A stretch of DNA of 63,549 bases from a virus (lineage: Duplodnaviria; Caudoviricetes). Both the position numbers and the translations under genes were made by a program. Shown one piece after another: positions 31,364 to 37,416 of the stretch (positions are counted from its first letter, which is position 1; every line of letters begins with the position of its first letter). The notes under the pieces are model-generated. The model saw nothing but the letters and a program-made list of their open reading frames with translations. It had not been told where the DNA came from and ran no database searches. The stretch spans positions 1-63,549 of the IMG/VR virus record IMGVR_UViG_3300021598_000208, one strand, 5' to 3'.

Positions 31364-31506
31364 TTGTCTTGATTTTTTTGTTTTAAAATGTGTGCGACTT
31401 TGCGTCTCACAATTACTTTTAAGAATTTGTATGTGCAATAAGAACCTAATACCATACCTGCCATTGCACTAAAGAAGCAGGATACGAATAAAACAATTTG
31501 ATTCAT
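31360..31506 (-). CDS. Small membrane protein (48 aa, not in ORF track)
   Basis: MNQIVLFVSCFFSAMAGMVLGSYCTYKFLKVIVRRK...; ATGA coupling with the next gene. Confidence 0.55.
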   Translation of the reverse strand: MNQIVLFVSCFFSAMAGMVLGSYCTYKFLKVIVRRKVAHILKQKNQDK

Positions 31507-31529
31507 AGCCAATTAAATTTAATAAAATT

Positions 31530-31581
31530 TCCGTTTCATCCTTTTAGAATCATCAGTCGGGACAACTCATCCCGATACGGA
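31530..31581 (-). ncRNA. Type III hammerhead ribozyme HHR-C
   Basis: UCCG-UA / UCGGGAU-GAGUU-GUCCCGA / CUGAUGA / UUCU-AAAA-GGAU / GAAA-CGGA. Predicted cleavage after GUA, between 31576 and 31575. Confidence 0.85.
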
Positions 31582-31586
31582 GGGCA

Positions 31587-31602
31587 GTGTCTTTGAAGAC
31601 AC
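31587..31602 (-). repeat. 16-bp palindrome copy 5
   Basis: Exact match, 5 nt 5' of HHR-C. Confidence 0.95.
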
Positions 31603-31617
31603 CACCCTGAGCCAAGA

Positions 31618-32718
31618 CTAAGGTCGGAATCGTAGAACCTCAGTCTCAGTGAACCACTCATCGCAACCACTACAATGGTAGTTCGCAAACATATCGTGCT
31701 CTAAATCGTGGAAGCAATTTACACAAAACGGCTTCTCATTCTCGATGTCGAAGTCACAATCATCGCAATCATCATCCAATATGTCAAGCAGGTTTAACTG
31801 AACGCCACTGCTCGCAGGAATAAACTCTTCACTCTCCAATTCGTCCTGCTCATCATACCAAGCAAGTTTGTTTGAATACTGCTCGTATGTCTTATGGTGC
31901 TCCTCGCCTTTGCCACTCTGCTTGCTGTTGAAATATATCCAACAGGTAACGCTCTTACCTTTGAGCATAACCTGAATTAGTTTCCTCCTGTACCAAACAG
32001 GATGTCCCTCCAATGCGTCCAACTGCGTAAGCGTGTAATTACTTACTTTGAATACATCGACATCGACATTGTGCCCTGTGCCTTTGTCCTCAATCAGATA
32101 GGGCAATCCTTTAATCACTAATGGATACTTGTCTTTTGTCTCGCCACTGCCTAAAAATTTTGAGGTAGTAAGGTAACGGTTGTAATTGCTGTAACCTTTT
32201 TTTAGCGTGCCATATACAGCAATCAAATGGTCTTCAAAGACATTGTCTTTGCTGTACCAAACGCCATCCCTGTGTGTCCACAATTCTCTGTTGTAAATTT
32301 GAAATGTCCGGCTGAATGTATTGATGGTCACGAATCTGCAATCAAACTGCTCAAGATGACTTTTCCACTTGTGACGTGGAATTTCTCCGAGGTTCTCTGC
32401 CAAATGGCGTGAGTCACTTTTCTTTGCTGTGCCTAATGTACGGATAGTCCCGTTCATCATAAGCCACTCCTGTTTGTTGCTGCCGCATCTGAATGGGTGC
32501 GTGTTCTCTTTGTTGATAGCGCCAATGGTAGCATACCTGAAATGCGCAATGTAAGGTCTGTCTGTGTAAAGTACTTTGTACTCTGTAGATTTGTGGTAAG
32601 ATACCTCAAAAGTATCCAACCAAATAACGCCAAGTCCGTGAGGGTTTATTCTCGCTGATGTCTTAGCAACTTCTTTCGGGACAACTCGTCCCTTTTGCTT
32701 GATAATGATAACGCACAT
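31618..32718 (-). CDS. Class II glutamine amidotransferase fused to gamma-glutamylcyclotransferase and Zn ribbon
   Basis: ATG 32718 gives the N-terminal nucleophile Cys2 (MCVII). NPHGLG, HFRYAT.G, NTHPF, NG and SDS motifs, then VYGTLK...LDALEG (GGCT/AIG2), then CxxC..CxxC. Confidence 0.9.
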   Translation of the reverse strand: MCVIIIKQKGRVVPKEVAKTSARINPHGLGVIWLDTFEVSYHKSTEYKVLYTDRPYIAHFRYATIGAINKENTHPFRCGSNKQEWLMMNGTIRTLGTAKKSDSRHLAENLGEIPRHKWKSHLEQFDCRFVTINTFSRTFQIYNRELWTHRDGVWYSKDNVFEDHLIAVYGTLKKGYSNYNRYLTTSKFLGSGETKDKYPLVIKGLPYLIEDKGTGHNVDVDVFKVSNYTLTQLDALEGHPVWYRRKLIQVMLKGKSVTCWIYFNSKQSGKGEEHHKTYEQYSNKLAWYDEQDELESEEFIPASSGVQLNLLDILDDDCDDCDFDIENEKPFCVNCFHDLEHDMFANYHCSGCDEWFTETEVLRFRP

Positions 32719-32738
32719 ACTGATTTGATTTGTGGGCA

Positions 32739-32754
32739 GTGTCTTTGAAGACAC
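32739..32754 (-). repeat. 16-bp palindrome copy 6
   Basis: Exact match, 20 nt upstream of the GATase start. Confidence 0.95.
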
Positions 32755-32822
32755 AGAACCCGATTATTGAACTGATATTGAACGAAGATACGACATAAAT
32801 TAGACATATCCAAATTTATTTT

Positions 32823-32984
32823 TTAATAAACTTTCTTTGCCCTGAATTTTGTTCGCTCTAAATGGGGTCTGTCCACAATGAATTTGTAGTACGCCTTGTC
32901 AACAGCCTCCCACTTTGTGTGGGCGACTACTGACCATACGCATACCTGTCCATAGAATACTTTGAAATAATGTTGACTTTCCAT
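32823..32984 (-). CDS. Small hypothetical protein (53 aa, not in ORF track)
   Basis: MESQHYFKVFYGQVCVWSVVAHTKWEAVDKAYYKF...; has an AAATCAAG leader. Confidence 0.6.
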   Translation of the reverse strand: MESQHYFKVFYGQVCVWSVVAHTKWEAVDKAYYKFIVDRPHLERTKFRAKKVY

Positions 32985-33002
32985 ATTGACTTGATTTAAA
33001 AA

Positions 33003-33284
33003 TTAATAATCATCTTCCAACCTTTCACCTGCATAGGACTCATCGAAGTACCTATCCTTCCTGTACGGATACTTGTCACTCTCGTAACAATCTCCACACC
33101 AATGCCCTGTGCTGTACCCATAGGCGTCACTCTCTTCGCTAACGTTTGCCTTAGTACCACAGCCCCTGCAAGGGACTAAGTTCTCATTGCAACGCTCACA
33201 TAGATTTTCGTCAAACCACATATCGTGGTGACCTTGGGAGCACCCACATCCTGAGCACTCCCATACATCATTTGCTCTTGTCAT
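33003..33284 (-). CDS. Cys-rich zinc-binding protein
   Basis: Four CxxC pairs. Confidence 0.7.
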   Translation of the reverse strand: MTRANDVWECSGCGCSQGHHDMWFDENLCERCNENLVPCRGCGTKANVSEESDAYGYSTGHWCGDCYESDKYPYRKDRYFDESYAGERLEDDY

Positions 33285-33285
33285 C

Positions 33286-33480
33286 TTACTTTCTTTTTGA
33301 TACGTGATAGATTCTGATGCCGTTCTCGATTTTCATATCGATGGGATACACATCCACCAAGACATTGAGGTAGTACTTATACTCCTTTAATTTGTCCTCC
33401 GGTAGATATAATAGCCTGTCGATTACATCTTGAATGGTTTCGTTTCTTTGTTGTTCGGTTGTCATTTGTTCCTTTGTCAT
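33286..33480 (-). CDS. Hypothetical protein
   Basis: 64 aa with AAATCAAATCAAA leader. Confidence 0.65.
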   Translation of the reverse strand: MTKEQMTTEQQRNETIQDVIDRLLYLPEDKLKEYKYYLNVLVDVYPIDMKIENGIRIYHVSKRK

Positions 33481-33492
33481 TTTGATTTGATT

Positions 33493-33618
33493 TTAGTTTT
33501 TTGAATTTGAAGAGATTTCATCTCTCCAATGTTGAATTAAAGTTTTAACAAACACGTATAAAACGATGACTGACAGGCTAATAACTAAAGCCTCTAAAAT
33601 TGTGATGTGTGTGCCCAT
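33493..33618 (-). CDS. Small membrane protein (41 aa, not in ORF track)
   Basis: MGTHITILEALVISLSVIVLYVFVK...; leader AAATCAAATCAAATG. Confidence 0.6.
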   Translation of the reverse strand: MGTHITILEALVISLSVIVLYVFVKTLIQHWRDEISSNSKN

Positions 33619-33637
33619 TTGATTTGATTTTATTGGT

Positions 33638-33853
33638 TTACAATTGAACGCCTAAAACGTCCTTTAATGATTTTGAAATAAATTCGTGACCTCGGCTGAA
33701 TCTATCTTTGATAGTTATTCTGCCAATTTTTAAAGTCCACGTTCCATCTGAAAATTTTGTGATGGTTGACACAGGCGCTGTCTCATCAGGAATAAATCCT
33801 TCCTGTCTGAATACTCCCTGCACTTTCATAGTAAATAAAACATCTTGTCTCAT
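33638..33853 (-). CDS. Hypothetical protein
   Basis: ATG 33853 with AAATCAAATCAAATG leader, just after HHR-B. Confidence 0.65.
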   Translation of the reverse strand: MRQDVLFTMKVQGVFRQEGFIPDETAPVSTITKFSDGTWTLKIGRITIKDRFSRGHEFISKSLKDVLGVQL

Positions 33854-33874
33854 TTGATTTGATTTAAATGGTTT

Positions 33875-33925
33875 CCTGTTTCGTCCTGTTAGACTCATCA
33901 GGCAAGGCAAACACCTTGCGACAGG
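33875..33925 (-). ncRNA. Type III hammerhead ribozyme HHR-B
   Basis: CCUG-UC / GCAAGGU-GUUU-GCCUUGC / CUGAUGA / GUCU-AACA-GGAC / GAAA-CAGG. Predicted cleavage after GUC, between 33920 and 33919. Confidence 0.93.
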
Positions 33926-33927
33926 CT

Positions 33928-33943
33928 GTGTCTTTGAAGACAC
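33928..33943 (-). repeat. 16-bp palindrome copy 7
   Basis: Exact match, 2 nt 5' of HHR-B. Confidence 0.95.
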
Positions 33944-33952
33944 AGGCTCTTT

Positions 33953-34201
33953 TTAGAATCTGTGATACATCGACCCTTTTGCATTCGGGAAAACTGACCT
34001 ATCATATTTGTTGTTTTCAACCCATTTATCGTAACCTTCTAGCAATGCTTTGAACTCTGCCTCGTGGTTTACAGGGTCAAGTTTAACGCACATCAGGTTG
34101 TCCTCAATTTTAGAAAATTTAATTTTTGATTCTGTCAGGTAGCAATCCCACACTTTACTAAAATCAAAATAGTAATGCTCTTGAACGTTTTTAAATGTCA
34201 T
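33953..34201 (-). CDS. Hypothetical protein bracketed by two ribozymes
   Basis: ATG 34201 (MTFKNVQEHYYF...), 82 aa. Confidence 0.65.
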   Translation of the reverse strand: MTFKNVQEHYYFDFSKVWDCYLTESKIKFSKIEDNLMCVKLDPVNHEAEFKALLEGYDKWVENNKYDRSVFPNAKGSMYHRF

Positions 34202-34243
34202 TTTATTTGGTTTTGTGGAGGGTTTCAAACCTCCGGTTTTAAA

Positions 34244-34296
34244 TGCTGTTTCGTTCTTTTGAACTCATCAGGCAGAGCAAACACTCTGCGACAGCA
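34244..34296 (-). ncRNA. Type III hammerhead ribozyme HHR-A
   Basis: UGCUG-UC / GCAGAGU-GUUU-GCUCUGC / CUGAUGA / GUUC-AAAA-GAAC / GAAA-CAGCA. Predicted cleavage after GUC, between 34290 and 34289. Confidence 0.95.
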
Positions 34297-34315
34297 GGAG
34301 GGCAATTTGCCCTCC
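34297..34315. other. GC-rich hairpin abutting the 5' end of HHR-A
   Basis: GGAGGGCAATTTGCCCTCC inverted repeat with no U-tract. Confidence 0.7.
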
Positions 34316-34320
34316 CTGTG

Positions 34321-35232
34321 TCAATTCTCAATCCATTTGAGGATGTCTTGGTGAACCTCTCCTGTAAGGATATATTTTTGAAATAGCTTCGACAATCTTA
34401 TTACTTCATTCACTTTGTCCTCATTCCCATTGTACATAGATTTTAAAATTGGCGTTACGATTTTAATCATCGAGTCAAATTTGCCCTTCTTATTCACTGC
34501 GAAATTCACAACCTCATACATTAACTCGTAACGCCTCATCATCTGCTTTACTGACTCAAAGCGAGACGGCAACCTGAACTCAAGGCAATTTTCTTTCACG
34601 AGCGCAACCTGATATTTGTAGTGCCAATCATAGCGACCTAAACGCCTTGCCTCATCCTCTGTTACCATCCTCTTATTTTTGTTGCAATAGCTATTTTTTA
34701 GCCTATTTCTAAACAGGGCATAGATGATGCCGGCATAATTACGAACCTCCAATCTAATCTCATTGCCTGTCATTCCCTCCACGCCTAAGGTTATGTGACC
34801 TCCGCAATTTTGAGCGGATGGGCTGAACTTGTCATCGATGATTTTCTCTGCCTTGTGCATCATATCAAAAACCTTCGTGCGCCACATTCCTGCAGGCAAT
34901 AGGGGTAAAATGTGAGTCACTGCCTCATACCCATCCACGCCCGGATGCTCGCCACAGCTTCCGTCACGCTCAAAACCGCAAAACAATTCATATTCACGTA
35001 CTGCGCCTCTGTGCAATGTGTTTTTTTCAACCTCCATTCCGATGGTAAATTTGGCGCTGTATTCCATCCCGTCAAATTTGATAACGTCCCTTTGCTGTGT
35101 CTTTTTAAGACCTGCGATGTCGATATTGCTTTTGCTCTTGTGTAACATTAGCGGAGCGGGTTTGTGATGGTATCTTGTCACTGAACCTCTCATGCTGTCT
35201 CCTGTGGTTGTGTAAACGATTCCTGTATTCAT
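34321..35232 (-). CDS. Putative amidoligase (glutamine synthetase-like carboxylate-amine ligase)
   Basis: GMEVE, RDGS, YEAVT, CGGHIT and LEFR motifs. Confidence 0.8.
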   Translation of the reverse strand: MNTGIVYTTTGDSMRGSVTRYHHKPAPLMLHKSKSNIDIAGLKKTQQRDVIKFDGMEYSAKFTIGMEVEKNTLHRGAVREYELFCGFERDGSCGEHPGVDGYEAVTHILPLLPAGMWRTKVFDMMHKAEKIIDDKFSPSAQNCGGHITLGVEGMTGNEIRLEVRNYAGIIYALFRNRLKNSYCNKNKRMVTEDEARRLGRYDWHYKYQVALVKENCLEFRLPSRFESVKQMMRRYELMYEVVNFAVNKKGKFDSMIKIVTPILKSMYNGNEDKVNEVIRLSKLFQKYILTGEVHQDILKWIEN

Positions 35233-35249
35233 TTTGATGTGGTTTTATA

Positions 35250-35265
35250 GTGTCTTTGAAGACAC
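35250..35265 (-). repeat. 16-bp palindrome copy 8
   Basis: Exact match, intergenic, upstream of the amidoligase. Confidence 0.95.
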
Positions 35266-35269
35266 AGGG

Positions 35270-35920
35270 TTAAAATTGAGAATTTAAAAAAGCTACTGCC
35301 TCCGCTACTTCACCGCTCGTGCCATTGGTTTTGATGTTTCCGTTTGCATCAATTTTTAGTGACACTTTTTTGCCGTCTGTATTTTTGTAGGTAAAGGAAA
35401 AGATGGTTTCCGCTCTTGTTTCTACCTGTGCGCCTGTGCCTTCGCCTTCGCCTTCTGCTTCGCCTTCTCCACTGCCTTCGCCTGTTTCTCCACTGCCTGC
35501 GCCTGTTGTTTCCATCTGCTTAGCGAATTTCAATAATCCCTCTAATGACCTGTTAGGCTCTTGACCTTGTGCCTCTGCCTCTTCACATTTGGTTTTGAAC
35601 GTGGCAATGGTTTCCTCCTGTAGTCTGCCTGCCTTTACAACCTTGTAGAAAAAAGACTTTTGCCATCCGAAAACTTTCTGCCCGATTTCCTCATTGCTCC
35701 AAGTGATGCCCTCTTCGTTCATTAGGCTTCTGCCCTCTTCAGAGGCAAACCAATCAACAGCAGAGGTAACCAATTTGGACAGCGCCAATGTTTGTTCAAA
35801 TTTTTTCTTCTTTGCGTTCGTGATGGTTCTTTGCACGCTGCGAATTTCTGTAAGATTCAAACCTTGTTTTACTGCAGGTAGGTTTAGGAAAGCCTGCTCG
35901 ATGTTTAGCAAATTGCTCAT
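35270..35920 (-). CDS. Hypothetical protein with GE-rich linker (first early gene)
   Basis: 216 aa with a GEGSGEGEAEGEGEG repeat. Confidence 0.8.
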   Translation of the reverse strand: MSNLLNIEQAFLNLPAVKQGLNLTEIRSVQRTITNAKKKKFEQTLALSKLVTSAVDWFASEEGRSLMNEEGITWSNEEIGQKVFGWQKSFFYKVVKAGRLQEETIATFKTKCEEAEAQGQEPNRSLEGLLKFAKQMETTGAGSGETGEGSGEGEAEGEGEGTGAQVETRAETIFSFTYKNTDGKKVSLKIDANGNIKTNGTSGEVAEAVAFLNSQF

Positions 35921-36026
35921 AACTGATTGATTTTTAATGATTTAGGTTAATTGTTGTACATTGCTAGTGCAATGCCTGTACAATATTAGTACAATACTTT
36001 GATATAAAAAACAATTATTTTAAAAA

Positions 36027-36035
36027 TGTGGATAA
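36027..36035 (-). promoter_or_regulatory. Consensus DnaA box TTATCCACA
   Basis: TGTGGATAA in the AT-rich divergent region; single copy. Confidence 0.4.
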
Positions 36036-36109
36036 CTATTTTTTGTGAGCGGAATATTTACAGGTCAAAAGATGGGGATGGGGTTACCTCTCTTCTGCAA
36101 CCTTGTGCA

Positions 36110-36125
36110 GTGTCTTCAAAGACAC
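36110..36125 (+). repeat. 16-bp palindrome copy 9
   Basis: Exact match in the divergent non-coding region. Confidence 0.95.
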
Positions 36126-36430
36126 AGGAGGAGGCAGGGAGGAGGAGCGGAGACAGGAGGAGGGATGGCAGGGAGGAGGCACGAGCGCCACAGGAACGGG
36201 AGCGGAGGCGCAATGGTTAGCGCCTCTGCTACTACATAGGCACGCTACGGAAAAGCTAAAAAATCCGGCAGGGGATTTTGAAAACGCACCCCCACCCCCT
36301 CAAAAAAAAATGACTTTCGTTTTCGGGTCGGCTGCGCCAAATGCCCCTATAACCCAAACACTACTACTATCTGAAAATTTTTTTATCTTTACTCTGAAAT
36401 ATTTCTAAAAACGTTTTAAAACAAATTATT

Positions 36431-36688
36431 ATGAAACTAAAATTCAAAGACTCGATTTACAAGAAGGATTTGAGTAATAGCATCTATCAGCAGAGTGGAG
36501 CCAATTTTGGTTTGACTGTGAATGGTGGTATGCTAATCAACAATCGTCCTGATGGTCAGACCGGTATCCAACAGGCTGCCGAGGTAAAGAAGGTAATTAA
36601 GAAAGCTGAGAAGGTTCAGATGATGTCTGAGGCTGTTTACTTGGGTAATATCCGTTCAGAGATGATGGAAGGACCTGAGATGGACTAA
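36431..36688 (+). CDS. Hypothetical protein
   Basis: 85 aa, followed by a terminator. Confidence 0.7.
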   Translation: MKLKFKDSIYKKDLSNSIYQQSGANFGLTVNGGMLINNRPDGQTGIQQAAEVKKVIKKAEKVQMMSEAVYLGNIRSEMMEGPEMD

Positions 36689-36717
36689 GTTATTTTGAGG
36701 TTAAATGTTGTTTAGAG

Positions 36718-36748
36718 GAGGGCTCAATATTGAGCTCTCTTTCTTTTT
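36718..36748 (+). terminator. Intrinsic terminator
   Basis: GAGGGCTCAATATTGAGCTCTC followed by a T-rich tail. Confidence 0.75.
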
Positions 36749-36768
36749 GTACCTACCTATGTTAAATT

Positions 36769-37006
36769 CGACATTATTGTCATTAATTTATGTCGTTTTT
36801 ATGTCGACTTGATTTTTCTAACTTATTGATTATTAATACTTTATTTCTTTAATGTCGAAAATGTCGATTTTAAAGAGCATTTACGGCACAACAGTGTCGT
36901 AAACTCAGCTAAACCCTTGATACTATTGCGTTTGAGCGAATGTCGAGTTTTGACAAACCAACATATACTTGGCATAAATCGACATCAAGATTTTAAATTC
37001 CGACAT
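36769..37006. promoter_or_regulatory. ATGTCG iteron cluster with two IHF consensus sites (candidate origin)
   Basis: ATGTCG at 36790, 36801, 36852, 36861 and 36940; inverted CGACAT at 36769, 36980 and 37001; YAANNNNTTGATW at 36819 and 36910. Confidence 0.6.
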
Positions 37007-37119
37007 TAGAACGCTTGCGTTTTAATAATCGAAGTGTAATCTCCCTACCCTTACGGGTATAATCTATTAATTGGAATAAATAATTTTTAAAAATAATGGT
37101 TAATATACCGAAGGTTGAC

Positions 37120-37127
37120 TATATTTG
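37120..37127 (+). promoter_or_regulatory. -7 promoter element TATATTTG
   Basis: Upstream of the 37163/groEL operon. Confidence 0.65.
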
Positions 37128-37162
37128 TACATCAATATTGATTAACAATTAAATTAAATCAA

Positions 37163-37411
37163 ATGAGTAATGAAATGCCTTGGGAGCCAACTTTTGGTCA
37201 GCAATTAGTAGGTATAACCTTTAATCCAAGTGGAGACCCTAAAGTTCAAAGAGCAAAAGAACTATGTGCTGAGTTAGCAGACTTGTTATATGATAATAGG
37301 CAAAAAGATATTGAAGGTTTATTTATTGAGCATTCTATATTTTCTGCTGCTATTACAGATATTTTAAAAGCACAGATGATGGTTGTAAAGTCTTTAACAT
37401 TAAAATTTTAA
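37163..37411 (+). CDS. Small helical-hairpin protein, possibly Acb2/Tad1-like
   Basis: FG..VG.TFNPSGD..V..AK..CA.L.D and AIT....AQM..VK.LT pattern (family recalled, not searched). Confidence 0.5.
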   Translation: MSNEMPWEPTFGQQLVGITFNPSGDPKVQRAKELCAELADLLYDNRQKDIEGLFIEHSIFSAAITDILKAQMMVVKSLTLKF

Positions 37412-37416
37412 ATAAA

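Noticed and set aside
32228-32243. Near match TGGTCTTCAAAGACAT to the palindrome (also a TCTTCAAAGAC core near 24065)
   Set aside because: Three or more mismatches break the outer arms. Not counted, though weak sites cannot be excluded.
32719-32754. ORF-track N-terminal extensions starting at GTG inside the palindrome (MSSKT..., also at 33943)
   Set aside because: Artefacts of the palindrome. Class II GATase needs Cys2, which places the start at 32718.
33783-33789. Other CUGAUGA matches (also 13490-13496 and near 24338 and 61770)
   Set aside because: All lie inside CDSs, and I could not form the stem II-GAAA-stem III arrangement.
27842-36125. Palindrome copies as a CRISPR array
   Set aside because: Only 16 bp, spaced irregularly by about 0.9-3.7 kb with whole genes between, and no cas genes.
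36026-36408. Three overlapping short ORFs in the GC-rich island
   Set aside because: Low complexity, atypical composition, no leader motif, and open in all three frames because T is scarce.
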